Source: a virus. From it: a stretch of 64,000 bases of DNA. This document shows positions 27,201 through 37,034 of the stretch, piece by piece; positions within the stretch are counted from its first letter, which is position 1, and each line of letters starts with the position of its first letter. Both the position numbers and the translations under genes were made by a program. The notes beneath the pieces were generated by a model. That model was not told where the DNA came from and made no database searches. It saw only the letters and a program-made list of their open reading frames with translations. The DNA lies in IMG/VR virus record IMGVR_UViG_3300042154_000577, positions 2,634-66,633 of that record. One strand, 5' to 3'.

Positions 27201-30200
27201 TGAGTGCCTGACTGAGTGATTCTGGATAGGCTGGGTCCCCGCCCTCCTGCAGAGCCAGCGCCCTCCATTGACTCAACAGCGCTTTCATTTCTGGCTTGGA
27301 AGGAGCCAGAGTCTTTGAGGCGGTTTCCAACAGGTTTGTAATTTCCACTTTTGAACTCTCCGTCTAGGTAGGTAAATATATCATTGTTGTTCTGGATAAA
27401 GGCGGACAGTTTTTTCTTGACCGCCGACATGTCGATACCATCATAGGTATCCAACAAGTTCATCACTCGTTGCATTTCAGACGCAAAGTCCGCATTGTGG
27501 CTACGCACCCTATAGTGCGCCAACTCATGCTGCATAGTACCTATCATGGATACCGCAATCTGGCTAGCACTCCCTTTCAGAGCGGTAGTGGCGGGGTTGA
27601 TAAACATAGCCTCAAAAGGCAATATGGTGCTGACACCGTAGTATTCGCTATCCAGACTTACACCAATACCTATTTTTGATAGGCTAGCGCCCCCTCTAGG
27701 CGGGGTGTTGTACTCAGGGTCCGCTGCAATCAGAGCATTGCGCAACTGCTGGAATACAGAACCGATTGTCTGCAAGTACGTGTCATACCGCTTACCAAAC
27801 TTGGCTCGCGCATTGCCTGAAAGAGTTGTGCCACTGGTAGCTTGCGGCGTTAATATCCCTACGTCCTCAAGGTCTGACGCAATATCTTCTGACGAGCCAA
27901 CAAATTTTGTACGTGTACCGTCGTCGTTGTTAACTGTAAAGCTGTATTTATTGGGCCCTTCGTAATCAACAGAAAATTTACTGCCGTTGCTATCTTCTAA
28001 ATCGTAGAGGCGTGATTTAGCACTCCCCTGCTCCTTTACTGGCAGCGTCATGTTGTCGTGCACCATGACTTTGGATGGATCAATCTGATCCTGCGGTATC
28101 GTAAGCTCGTCAATACGTATGGCTGTGTTCTTTAGGTCGTCGTTTGTAAGCTCAGGTATCTTCCGATTGTTTACGTACAGAACCCCATCGCGTACTTCTA
28201 CAGCGTCACCCGGCTTGATTAGCGTAAAGGCGTTGTCTGTTGTTGGTGCCTTTGGCTCCAGCAGTTCAGCTTTGGTCAAGCTACCGCCCGCATTTATGTA
28301 CTGCACGGTGCCAAAGTTTTGCACCTCAGAGGCAAAGTCTACCTGCCTGTACAGGGCCGTAACGTAGTTGAAGATTTTGCTAAAGTCTCCGTCAGCGGCT
28401 TTAGAAAAGTTTTGCCGGTTTAGGTCGAATGGATAGCCTGCGTCTTCTGGTTTGACGCTCTCGTCAGGGGTCACATCAATGTAAAACCTACGCTTGATAC
28501 TCTTTCCATCCCAACCCGGCTTGTCTTTTAAGGTCTTGCTAAACTGCCACAAACCGTTAGACAGGATATGGGTATTATCCCCGTAGGAGTCTTCAACCTT
28601 CTTAGATACATATATGCGAGCAGTGCCCCACGCAAAACGCACATTGGCAAATGGGGTGTAGTCGGCAACAGGAAATCCGTTGCCTATGTCCAACATAGAT
28701 GGGGACCCACCCGAGGAAAAAGTAACGTCAATGTCGTTAAACAGTGGGCTGTTTGTTAAGACCTTACTGAACTTTAAGTCGTAGGTGTCAAAGCGAATAG
28801 TTTTATCCTCGCCGGTAGACTCGTCTTTGTAACTCTCGGGTACTTGAATAGAGATAAATGTGCCGTGCCCATCAGGGAACAGGGTCTTCGTGTATTGCTC
28901 AATGGTCTTGGGGTCGGTAGAGGTAGCTACATTGATCTCAGGTATGGTTACTCCACTCTCTTTTTGCCTTTGGATAGCCATCTGTATGATAGGCTCCATA
29001 GCAACCATGTCATCTTCAGTTACAAAATCTTTTAGCGTCTCAAACAGCGTTCTAGGATTAGAAGCCATTGCCAGTTTAAGTTCTTCCCCTGTTGTTGACA
29101 ACCTAGATACTACACCGTCGCGCAGAGAGACAACCTCAAGCTGCTTGTTCTCAAACAGGAACAGCATCTTGGCTACGCCAAGACCGCCCGAGGCGCGGGA
29201 TGTACCCTTGACGGTACCCGCTATCTGCAAAAACTGATTGCCCATAACGCTAGTCGGCATACCGGGGCCGTTATCCGTTATTGAGATAGTCCTAGTTTTG
29301 CTATCCACTTTGATGTCAATCTTGCCCTTGGTTATGTGCCAAGGTTCGTTTTTCTTCTCCAGCCCTTCTTTGATTGCATCGAACGAGTTTTGGAACAACT
29401 CCTTGAGGGACACACGAGCTATGTCATCCGGGGTCCCGTATAGCTTGGAACCAAGCATCTTAGCCAAACGCGCTACGTTAGCTGACGGTCTTGCTGCAAC
29501 TGATTTATCAGACTTTGCGGTCTTGTCGCCACCAAACCACGATGGCAATGCCAGTTCCTCTCGTTTTGCCGTAGCTTTATCCGCAGCTTCCAGAAGACGC
29601 ATGGTCGGGGACTTGCGGGCTGACAAGAGCTTGTCGGTTACCAGAACCAAATCGGAAAGCGCATTTATAGAGTCAACGTCCATGCCGAAGTAGTTGCGGA
29701 TGGAGTTAACAAACCGGCTGAAGAAATTAGCGTTACCCTCGTACCCTTTAGCGCCGAGCAGGAAAGTCTGCATGGCGTCATCGCTCATACCGTAGGCAAG
29801 GAACTCGTCTAGGTTGCTGAATACTTTAGCTTGCGTGCTAAGGTCTTGAATGTACTTGGGTAGTTTGCCCGCCGCTGACAACTCGTCAAACCGTTTCTTG
29901 GCACTATCCATAGTGCGCTGCAAGTCTTGAGTAGCCAAAGTCACCGCATTGTCTGATGACCAGCCGCGCTCTAGGGCCAACTGACCCAGCTTCAGCTTTT
30001 GGTAGGTTGCTGCGTGCAGCAGTTCGTGCAGGATGGTTACGTTGTTTGTTCCTTGGGAATTGCCAAAACTATCCCCACGGATGTAGACAGTCTTCTCGCT
30101 GGGTACGTACAAACCACGGGCATTGGCCCATTGCTCAGCAGCCCGACCAGACTGCAAGCGTGCGGGTAGCGGGGCACCATCTTCCACCACCACTATCTTG

Positions 30201-33115
30201 ACACCGTTCACAAACCCACGAATGCGCTTGGCTAGCATCTGCTGGAACGGATTACCAGTCTTTACAATTTGCGCGATAGCCTGCGCACCGTTGGTGACTT
30301 TGCCTAGCTTGGGGTCTGACTTGTATGTAGCACTACCTATGCTCGGGAGCGCTTGCGGTGTCTCGGCTTTAACTTCGCGTTTGAGACTATCAAGTTCCGC
30401 AGTGGTAAAGCGGTTGCGGTGCTTCTCAAGTGTGGCCTTAGCAGCTATGCCTGCAGCGGTACCACGAATAGCCGACTCCAACTTGAGCAACTCTTTATAC
30501 GCAGCCCGTCGGTTGGTCTGGTTGCCGGTGTTGATTGCGGATTCAAGTATTTTGGTTTGCTTCTTTATCGCGCGATCAGCCCTTTGATAGGCAGCTTTAG
30601 TGGCCCTACCCTCAGCGGCTTTGCTAGCCTCTTGCTCAGGCGTCAGTACGAGCTTAGGCCGACCACGTTGCCCCTTTTTGGTCTCCTTGATGGCCTCCCG
30701 AGCCTGATCGGCAGCGGTCTCTATATCGGTTTTGGTTTCAGTCGCCGGGGCTTCAGTTTTAGTTTTTTCTTCGTCGGTCAGTGGACGGAATTGTGGTTTT
30801 TCTCCCACTGCAGGCCCCTCAGCAGTAGCTCCAGTTGGAACCACTCCTCCGGGTTCAGTCCCCGTAGGTCCTTCGGTTGCGGTAGTTCCTGTGGGTTGTC
30901 CAGCCACAGTAGTGCTTCTTGCACTTGGTCTACCGACAGCTTTTGCAGCCTCAGCGTCATCTCTTTCCTCCTGTTTGGCGAGTTCAGTCGCACGCTGCTT
31001 AGCTTCTTTTAGCGGGAAGCCAGCGGTAAGTAGCTCTTCTGTCAGTTCTTCTACGCGGTTGGTAGGTAACGCAGTTTTAGGTGCCTTTGCCCCGAGCTTT
31101 TCTTGCTTGGTTTCTGCCTCGTTGATACGATTCTCAGCAATAACCGCCGCATCTTCGGCGGATACCCCGCTGTCTTCAATTTGGGCTGTAAGTTCCGCTA
31201 CGCGCCTAGCACGTGCTTCAGCCTTTGGAGCGGCTTCACCGGGAGCAGCAGCCCCTACCTCGCCTAAGTCAGTACCAGCGCTCGTAGCTTCACCGGGGGC
31301 AGCAGCCCCTATATCACCTATATCGGTAGTATCAGTGGTATCTTCACCGGGAGCAGCAGCCCCCACCTCACCTAAGTCAGTACCAGCAGTTGTATCTTCG
31401 CCGGGGGAAAACGCACCAACGCTCCCCAAATCAAATTCTGCATCTGCAATAGGGGTAGTCCCTGCGGCGGGGGTAGTCCTTGCTTCAGGAGTGAGAAACC
31501 CCCTGCTCCTAGCCATGAACTCGGCAAGTCCTTTGGTGCTTGTGTCTTGCTTGCTCCGCAGTTTATCCTGCGCCATACCTACGCCTTTAACCGCACCGAT
31601 TGTTACCCCCGCTGTTACACCAGCTTGGAACACCGTCTGCCGTAGCGTTTCTTCTAGCTCCCTGTACAGCCCCAGCAAACTTGGGTTTTTGTTCAGCCCA
31701 ATCTCGGGCATCATGTTTATAGCGTACTGAGTTGTGGTAGTAGCCAACTCAGTAGGTATTTCTTTGGCAATCGCAGTACCTACGTATTTTGGGACACTAG
31801 ATAGACCAAACTCGGCCACATGCGCCCTAAGGCCAGCTAACGCCTTAGTCATACCAAACCGCTCAAAAAATACTTCCGCCGCAGCCATAGGTATAGCTCT
31901 AATCGCGGCTTTATCACCGGGCAAACCAGCGGCTCTTCCTTCGCTGTAAAAATTACCAAACCCTTGTATGGCTGCTTGTGCAAGAACAGGCGCTGCGGTT
32001 CCGGTTATTGCGCTTAGGACCATTGTTGGTGCCTGCCCAGCCAAGCTAGTCATAGCACTCTGAAACGACTTATCAACTATGCCCTTACCTTCTGGGATAG
32101 CACCTTCACGCGCATTTTCAATCCGTATCGCGTCAGACAGTTCTCCACTAAACTTTTTGTCCCCAGATATATCCGCGTACGCTTGTAGAAGGCCAATCCC
32201 GCTCTTCGTGTACTGAGATCGCGCTCCAGCGGCAATCCGATCAAGAAAATCGGCGTTTTCCAGTTCTTTGGCCCGTGCCCGTGCTGCTACATCTGCCTTC
32301 TCCCCAACTACATCAGGGGCCATCTCATCAAAATCAGGACGTAGCCCACCGGACAATGCCTGCTGTTTAGCAAGCCCCTCGGCGATATCGGGTCGTAAGC
32401 CCTGCTCTACAAACCGTGCCTTCTGTGCCTCTAGCCGGGGGTCCAGCTTTTGCATTGTGGGCGATACAACTTGGTCGAGTTTTGCGTATCGCGCTGCAAC
32501 TACTTTTGCTGCACGACCATAAACATCCGTGCGCTGAACCATCTGAGTTAGCGCGGCTGCACGTTGCGCTTTAGGTAGCGAATTGAGTTTGGCTTCTACC
32601 GCCTGCACAAATTCAGGGCGTAGCATTTTGTCTTCTGGGACAGGCGCGGCTGTCTCTGGCCCCCTCAGCGATTCCAGCACAGACCCTTTACGGTCCCCAT
32701 CCCCGACAGGTACGCCAGTAGCCCAATCACGGACAGTGTTAAAAAACCCCCCGGAAGTGGGGGCTTGGGCTGCTGGAGCTTGAACTGGGCGGGCTACCGG
32801 GGCTTGGGCTGCTGGAGCTTGAACTGGGCGGGCTACCGGGGCTTGGGCTACTGGCGCTTGAACTGGGCGGGCTACTGGGGCTTGGGCTACCGGGGCTTGG
32901 GCTACTGGGGCTTGGGCTACTGGGGCTTGGGCTACTGGGTTTTGCCCACGGGCTTTCATTGCCTGATCGTAGTCCCCACCGGGGTTAATATCCTGCCATG
33001 CTTCGCGGGAAGGTAGCTTAGCAGGGGGCGGGGCATCGTCAAACGTGTCAAAAAAATTTTTTTGTGCAGCTACAGGAGTCTTTGGGCTATCAAAGGTATC
33101 AAAAAAATTTGCCAT
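24212..33115 (-). CDS. Giant polyvalent internal-virion/ejection protein (2967 aa)
   Basis: NFFDTFD x2, repeats, HELLH zincin, GHKL motifs (ELFQNSFDA, DNGPGM, GGLGV), HELAH, YFPLTRHG (PLxRFG-like); last gene of late arm. Confidence 0.88.
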   Translation of the reverse strand: MANFFDTFDSPKTPVAAQKNFFDTFDDAPPPAKLPSREAWQDINPGGDYDQAMKARGQNPVAQAPVAQAPVAQAPVAQAPVARPVQAPVAQAPVARPVQAPAAQAPVARPVQAPAAQAPTSGGFFNTVRDWATGVPVGDGDRKGSVLESLRGPETAAPVPEDKMLRPEFVQAVEAKLNSLPKAQRAAALTQMVQRTDVYGRAAKVVAARYAKLDQVVSPTMQKLDPRLEAQKARFVEQGLRPDIAEGLAKQQALSGGLRPDFDEMAPDVVGEKADVAARARAKELENADFLDRIAAGARSQYTKSGIGLLQAYADISGDKKFSGELSDAIRIENAREGAIPEGKGIVDKSFQSAMTSLAGQAPTMVLSAITGTAAPVLAQAAIQGFGNFYSEGRAAGLPGDKAAIRAIPMAAAEVFFERFGMTKALAGLRAHVAEFGLSSVPKYVGTAIAKEIPTELATTTTQYAINMMPEIGLNKNPSLLGLYRELEETLRQTVFQAGVTAGVTIGAVKGVGMAQDKLRSKQDTSTKGLAEFMARSRGFLTPEARTTPAAGTTPIADAEFDLGSVGAFSPGEDTTAGTDLGEVGAAAPGEDTTDTTDIGDIGAAAPGEATSAGTDLGEVGAAAPGEAAPKAEARARRVAELTAQIEDSGVSAEDAAVIAENRINEAETKQEKLGAKAPKTALPTNRVEELTEELLTAGFPLKEAKQRATELAKQEERDDAEAAKAVGRPSARSTTVAGQPTGTTATEGPTGTEPGGVVPTGATAEGPAVGEKPQFRPLTDEEKTKTEAPATETKTDIETAADQAREAIKETKKGQRGRPKLVLTPEQEASKAAEGRATKAAYQRADRAIKKQTKILESAINTGNQTNRRAAYKELLKLESAIRGTAAGIAAKATLEKHRNRFTTAELDSLKREVKAETPQALPSIGSATYKSDPKLGKVTNGAQAIAQIVKTGNPFQQMLAKRIRGFVNGVKIVVVEDGAPLPARLQSGRAAEQWANARGLYVPSEKTVYIRGDSFGNSQGTNNVTILHELLHAATYQKLKLGQLALERGWSSDNAVTLATQDLQRTMDSAKKRFDELSAAGKLPKYIQDLSTQAKVFSNLDEFLAYGMSDDAMQTFLLGAKGYEGNANFFSRFVNSIRNYFGMDVDSINALSDLVLVTDKLLSARKSPTMRLLEAADKATAKREELALPSWFGGDKTAKSDKSVAARPSANVARLAKMLGSKLYGTPDDIARVSLKELFQNSFDAIKEGLEKKNEPWHITKGKIDIKVDSKTRTISITDNGPGMPTSVMGNQFLQIAGTVKGTSRASGGLGVAKMLFLFENKQLEVVSLRDGVVSRLSTTGEELKLAMASNPRTLFETLKDFVTEDDMVAMEPIIQMAIQRQKESGVTIPEINVATSTDPKTIEQYTKTLFPDGHGTFISIQVPESYKDESTGEDKTIRFDTYDLKFSKVLTNSPLFNDIDVTFSSGGSPSMLDIGNGFPVADYTPFANVRFAWGTARIYVSKKVEDSYGDNTHILSNGLWQFSKTLKDKPGWDGKSIKRRFYIDVTPDESVKPEDAGYPFDLNRQNFSKAADGDFSKIFNYVTALYRQVDFASEVQNFGTVQYINAGGSLTKAELLEPKAPTTDNAFTLIKPGDAVEVRDGVLYVNNRKIPELTNDDLKNTAIRIDELTIPQDQIDPSKVMVHDNMTLPVKEQGSAKSRLYDLEDSNGSKFSVDYEGPNKYSFTVNNDDGTRTKFVGSSEDIASDLEDVGILTPQATSGTTLSGNARAKFGKRYDTYLQTIGSVFQQLRNALIAADPEYNTPPRGGASLSKIGIGVSLDSEYYGVSTILPFEAMFINPATTALKGSASQIAVSMIGTMQHELAHYRVRSHNADFASEMQRVMNLLDTYDGIDMSAVKKKLSAFIQNNNDIFTYLDGEFKSGNYKPVGNRLKDSGSFQARNESAVESMEGAGSAGGRGPSLSRITQSGTQSAGQVGVSEGDVDEDAEGTAERSQRQLDKDVDLALNKVAESKDNETLAKAVGLLQLARNPKNIIPQLQLLWNAATYYERNALVRLPTMDFLVSWAGKKVPELRNTYDLMQKMGGMTQQILKQSGVLTTDVHRAFLEDSGLRPKLENLVFTATIAQVDPSDTSAKLRNAKLDTMYADLGSKGQQLYNRIKNHFENLSDLYSKLLDDQIKNSRLTAEEKSNLMAELRKMYETGKKITPYFPLTRHGDYWLSIGSGKNRQFYMYESLMGRDNAMQAMADKSIYRKPNESAAAFERRKQDNLKELIEDGTYDVGNDIHSLRRKSFDSSLLLRGVFDSIDSSNLGDPNAKESLKDAIYQIYLQTMPEQSFRNQFINRKNTTGFSTDLVRSVSTASVKMATQLARIKYAPYIRNSLSAARDSVSGQPKNEPFVSEMDRRADTTLGFHNETTGDKFARVFNKASFFFYLGGASTALLQPMSVFQTGMPVLAARYGAVNATREMSKMLRVWNEYGVWRTNANGTKSWVAPSIEDSKGLTPDERKAVRGMAAYGVSESTFSRALYEQKGSPTEKLSGPKVQLGKDAVSALLLGGLMHSSERISREMVFLTSFRLNMKQHGDFDRSVREAVNDTNEALFNYGGYNRPRYMQTGVGKVLTQFQMYPLQVTLFLLNNFKQMIVPMDDSTRKEATIKFFGTMFTTGVLAGAIGLPIAAVAGLLGAFWRKLDEEELLPEDLKNMDPMFWFRTIFLPSQLGHITIGGKTLSSIVERGPINALTGLDISGRTGMSNLWSHDSKEYKTVREELIAAALDRAGPSVSMVLSLADAYDAFSKGDMQKGVEKMLPAGFRNFVVAHKYATEGAKDVTGAPIMSKDSFRRGELIGRAIGFQPDLLANAQYVNFRANGLALRIENERTELLNSLNRDLVKSDFKKFSGVLKEIQKFNSKHPSYEITEDNITGSLEKRAEQRASSLKGVVLTDKNVPVFIKSLAASRKELAEREKEARP
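31230..31435 (-). repeat. Four degenerate D-L/I-G-x-V/I-GA-x-x-PGE repeats
   Basis: Visible in translation and as CACCGGGAGCAGCAGCCCC-like DNA copies. Confidence 0.8.
32760..32937 (-). repeat. Tandem repeats encoding (QAPVA)n / QAPVARPVQAPAA
   Basis: 15-bp GGGGCTTGGGCTAC(T/C) units and longer composite units. Confidence 0.9.
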
Positions 33116-33116
33116 G

Positions 33117-35288
33117 TTACTGCCTTTGTAGTGCCTTGGCTGCAGCGCCTATTCCAAATTTTAAGTCAAACTCAGCGGCCCTATTGGGGTTAGCCTTCAA
33201 GGCTTGTATATGCGCATCGGTTGGCGTTACAACAGGGCTAGCACCTGCAGCGGCGGCAGGTTTAACACCTTGTCGTTTAGCAAGGGCATCATACATGTCA
33301 TTCTTAGCCTTCTCCATGCCCGCAGCGTCACTTTTTGAGAGAGCTTCTTGGTACGCAGGGTCCATCAATTTGTTCTTCTCTACCAGAGCATTGATGCTTG
33401 CATTGGTTCTAGTAGCAGTCTCTTCCGTCGTTGCCGTTATTCTCTTACCTTCAATATCTTGTTTAGCAGTCCCAATATCGCTAGTACGCGATGCTTTTAG
33501 CACTTCCAGAGCAGCCTCCGCTTTTAATTTGTTATCCGGGGTTGGGTCTTTTCGGTACGCAGTTACAGCAGCAAGTGCTGCCTCAGGCAATTTCAAACCC
33601 GCTTCAGGTTTCTCAGGCTTCGTAGCCGCAAGGATGCCCTGCTGCAATGTGCGCTGGCGATTGTTTTCATCCTGTCTAGCCGAGTGGGCAGCACGCCGAT
33701 TTTGTTCGGCAGCGACAACTAACCCTTGAGCCTCACGGTGCAGACCCATCTTCTCTTTGCGTTCGGCGTCGGCCAAATTAAAGCGCATGTTTTGCAAGGC
33801 GCGTGTTTCCGCTTGTGACGCCTGATTAGCAGCACTGTAAGACTTCCCAAACGCCCCAAGACCTTTCCCTAAACCACGAGCTAGGTCATTGCCTTCCAGC
33901 ATAGCTCCAGCAGCTTCAAACGCCGCTAGCCCCCTATCCAGTTTCTTGTTAGTCGCGTTTTCTTCTTGTATGCGTTTGATGTTTGCACGCTCTTCGTCGT
34001 ATTGACTGGGTCCAGCCGCATCTGTAAGTTCTTTCCTAGCCGCCATTACCAATGCCAAACGCTGCTCGGGGGTCTGCTCCGTGTATGCAGGGGCTGGAGT
34101 CTGGAGGTCTTTGTACAGCTTTCTAAGCAACCCTCTACGCATACCTTCTTCGTCTAGTTCTAGTTCTGGTTGCGCCGGTCCAATATCTATATCTGGAATG
34201 CCAGACCTCCCCCGTCCGCCATACACAAGGCTACCGTCGTTTCCAGCAAAAGCAACAACACCACCACGAGCCATGCTTTCCTCCGTCGGCAACATTTGGT
34301 CCATATCCACGGGCATAGCACCAATACCACGCTGCATAGAGGCACGGGCAGCTTTCTCCATTTGGATGGCCTGCAGTTGCTCTTGGTCTCCACGAGCTTT
34401 AGCGGCTTCTTCAGCTTGCGCCAACTGCTGATCAGACAGCTTGGATACGATGCTCTCAATGTTCTGCTGGCTGTCAACACTACCACCGTCGGCGAAGAAC
34501 TGCTTCAGACCGTAAGCTGCAGTACCCGCAGAACCCAACAACTGACCGAATGACGGCGAACCCGGATTTTGAATACCTGTCGAAGCAGTGGTGCTACCTA
34601 GTGGCAGGCCCCGAATCATGTTCGACATGTTGCTCAACTGCTGCTGCGGGTATTCCCGCTGGTTCTGGTAGTCTTGATACGCTTGGTCTAGCCCTCGCTG
34701 CCCCATAGCCTGCTCTTGTGTACCGTAAGCCGACTGCAGCCGATTGACATCCATACCTTGTGTGATGCCTGAACGAAACTGATTGGACGCTTGCTCAAAG
34801 TTCGCCTGATCCCCACGGGCTTGGATGTCAGCCATTTGCTGTTGGCGTTGCTGATCCAACAACGAGCGTCTAAGCGTGTCCCGCGAACCACCAAAAGCCC
34901 CAACCTGCGCTGCCTGTGCCTGCTGTTGTTGACCCATAAGATCAAACTCTTGCCCCGCTTTACGCTTCTGGATGTCCGTTACTTGCTGCTGGTAGGGTGA
35001 CATATACGCACTGATACCCTGACTAAACCCCTCGGGGCCAGCATTCATGTTTGCAGCGTTTTGTCGCGCCTGCTCCTGCATTGGGGTAAACCCTTGGATG
35101 CGGTTAGCTCCATAGGCTTCGTAGGGTCGGTCTGAAAGCGCAGCTTGTTTGGCTAGCGTGTCTTGCGCATAGCCTTTAGCCCATTCGGGTAAACCCGTAG
35201 TCGCTGTAGAACTTGAAGAAGCAGGGGAACCACCGCCCATAAAGCCGCTCAACGGCATCAGTTTGCGTTTCAGGTCCAGAATATTCAT
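33117..35288 (-). CDS. Internal virion / DNA ejection protein
   Basis: Gln/Ala/Gly-rich; LPEWAKGY, YMSPY; position before the giant protein; start set at ATGA overlap. Confidence 0.8.
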   Translation of the reverse strand: MNILDLKRKLMPLSGFMGGGSPASSSSTATTGLPEWAKGYAQDTLAKQAALSDRPYEAYGANRIQGFTPMQEQARQNAANMNAGPEGFSQGISAYMSPYQQQVTDIQKRKAGQEFDLMGQQQQAQAAQVGAFGGSRDTLRRSLLDQQRQQQMADIQARGDQANFEQASNQFRSGITQGMDVNRLQSAYGTQEQAMGQRGLDQAYQDYQNQREYPQQQLSNMSNMIRGLPLGSTTASTGIQNPGSPSFGQLLGSAGTAAYGLKQFFADGGSVDSQQNIESIVSKLSDQQLAQAEEAAKARGDQEQLQAIQMEKAARASMQRGIGAMPVDMDQMLPTEESMARGGVVAFAGNDGSLVYGGRGRSGIPDIDIGPAQPELELDEEGMRRGLLRKLYKDLQTPAPAYTEQTPEQRLALVMAARKELTDAAGPSQYDEERANIKRIQEENATNKKLDRGLAAFEAAGAMLEGNDLARGLGKGLGAFGKSYSAANQASQAETRALQNMRFNLADAERKEKMGLHREAQGLVVAAEQNRRAAHSARQDENNRQRTLQQGILAATKPEKPEAGLKLPEAALAAVTAYRKDPTPDNKLKAEAALEVLKASRTSDIGTAKQDIEGKRITATTEETATRTNASINALVEKNKLMDPAYQEALSKSDAAGMEKAKNDMYDALAKRQGVKPAAAAGASPVVTPTDAHIQALKANPNRAAEFDLKFGIGAAAKALQRQ

Positions 35289-35692
35289 AGCTTTACCCCA
35301 ACAATACGGTATTTTTCTTTGAAGCCGTAGCGTTGCCACAGCCTAGCAATTGATTCCCTAGCAGCACCTTCAATAGCCGTAGCGCCCATAGACCTTGCGT
35401 AGGTCCGTAGTTGCTCAAACGTATCCTCACTGCTTACTAGCTTACCGCCTATAGCGGTAATGAACGCAACCCGATCATCAGGGCGATTGAAAAACTCAAC
35501 TGTCGCGGCACCGTGGATAACGCCAGAATCGTCAACTGCAACGATCAGCGCCCACCTACCTTGGGTTACGAATACCTTAGCATGCGTTACTGTGTAGTCC
35601 CCATTGGAATGCTCCAGTGCACTAGATATAAACCCCTCAACCTTGTCCCAAGTATAGTTCACCCACTCTGAGGCGACATACTGTATCTTCAT
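35285..35692 (-). CDS. GNAT-fold protein of the virion module
   Basis: GAATVE..., FITAIGG..., GATAIEG...RYGF pattern. Confidence 0.6.
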   Translation of the reverse strand: MKIQYVASEWVNYTWDKVEGFISSALEHSNGDYTVTHAKVFVTQGRWALIVAVDDSGVIHGAATVEFFNRPDDRVAFITAIGGKLVSSEDTFEQLRTYARSMGATAIEGAARESIARLWQRYGFKEKYRIVGVKL

Positions 35693-36738
35693 GCTGGCAG
35701 GTACTTGTCCATGCGTGAGTTTGCAGCTACTTTGCCCCTACCAATAGACTTTTTACGGCCTGCCTGAATACGAGCAAGCATGGCGTAGAGCTTTCGCGCA
35801 CCGGCTTCGGTGGAACCGTTACCTAGTTCGGACACGATACGTGCAGGCACTACGAACTCACCGTCCGCGAGCCGTGCAGGGCGCTTTGCCTTGCCAATAG
35901 TTGCTGGGATCGAATCAGAGACGCCATCACCGGGGCCGCGCAGTAGCCTGCCGCCATCCGAGTAGTTACCAAGGGAGCCGAGGCCACCGTGCGCAAAAGC
36001 GGTCAAACCACCGTATGCAAACGGACTGCCGTTACCTTCAACTCCACCCCCCGCGCTTTCGCCCCCGCCCCCGGCAGGAGCAGCGGCCCCTTCCCCGTAA
36101 CCAAGCCCAAAATCACCAGAATCGGTTTGGGCTTGGGTAGAAACCCCTGCAAGAGCCTGCTCTGGCGTCATCGTGCTTGTAGGAGCATCTGCTATCGCCG
36201 CGCTTTGTGCTTTATCCGCCGCCATCACGCCGCTACCAAGTGCACTACTCCCCCGCCCACCACGCCCCTCATGGCTATAGTTGGGGTCTACGTTTTTAGC
36301 CATTTCGTCCGACATCCCCCGAAGCCCTGCACCGAAGACACCCCCGAGCTTATTGCCCAAATTGCCTATACCGGCAGCGGCAAAATTTCTAGCAGAGTCC
36401 ATGCCCGTAGTAGTGCCGGGGAGCCCCCCACCATCGCCCTTGCCACCGTAATCCCCCGCACCGCCTTCACCACCCTGCCCACCAGCATTGATGCCCGCAC
36501 CAGCACTATCCCCCAAATTTGATGCTACGGTTCCAGCAGGTACCCATGTGTACTGACCCGTTGCGGGGTTAAACGTGTACTTGCCGCTACTGTAGGTTTT
36601 TTCCCCCGCAGCCTCGATAGCTGCAGACCTAGGCAAGTAGTCGTAGTACAGTTGCTCTCTACCAAAGCTGCCACCGTAGTTACCGTTATTGGGCACATCA
36701 GGCTGAGGAAAATAGCGGGGGTCGTCTCTTAGGCTCAT
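35689..36738 (-). CDS. Gly-rich virion protein with C-terminal GPGDGxSDSIPA...DGEFV domain
   Basis: Domain resembles the C-terminal domain of many tape-measure proteins; preceded by FAxGG motifs. Confidence 0.8.
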   Translation of the reverse strand: MSLRDDPRYFPQPDVPNNGNYGGSFGREQLYYDYLPRSAAIEAAGEKTYSSGKYTFNPATGQYTWVPAGTVASNLGDSAGAGINAGGQGGEGGAGDYGGKGDGGGLPGTTTGMDSARNFAAAGIGNLGNKLGGVFGAGLRGMSDEMAKNVDPNYSHEGRGGRGSSALGSGVMAADKAQSAAIADAPTSTMTPEQALAGVSTQAQTDSGDFGLGYGEGAAAPAGGGGESAGGGVEGNGSPFAYGGLTAFAHGGLGSLGNYSDGGRLLRGPGDGVSDSIPATIGKAKRPARLADGEFVVPARIVSELGNGSTEAGARKLYAMLARIQAGRKKSIGRGKVAANSRMDKYLPA

Positions 36739-37034
36739 GTTTTTACTTTCAGTACGTTACTTGCCGAAGTATCATAGTAGATATCCCCAACGCGCAGGTT
36801 AGCAAGGTCGGCTTGCGTCGGCAAACTGGGCGTTGAAGTTCCTGCATTAGGCGCGAAACTCAAGCCCGCAACAACGTCTGTACCGTTGAACTGTGACGAC
36901 CCCGCCATAGGCCCCGCATTGTCAAGCTGGGCAAAGTACATCCGGAGTATGTTGAATAGCTGGTTAAACACCACGGGGTCGTACTCTGGCGTAACAACGG
37001 GGAGCCGGGGGGCAGTTACATTTTTCTGTGCCAT
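36735..37034 (-). CDS. Conserved tail-region protein
   Basis: APRLP...EYD...LRMYF. Confidence 0.75.
   Translation of the reverse strand: MAQKNVTAPRLPVVTPEYDPVVFNQLFNILRMYFAQLDNAGPMAGSSQFNGTDVVAGLSFAPNAGTSTPSLPTQADLANLRVGDIYYDTSASNVLKVKT

Noticed and set aside
30353-31730. Long + strand ORFs (219 and 332 aa) opposite the giant gene
   Set aside because: Shadow frames of a low-complexity coding region, no recognisable motifs
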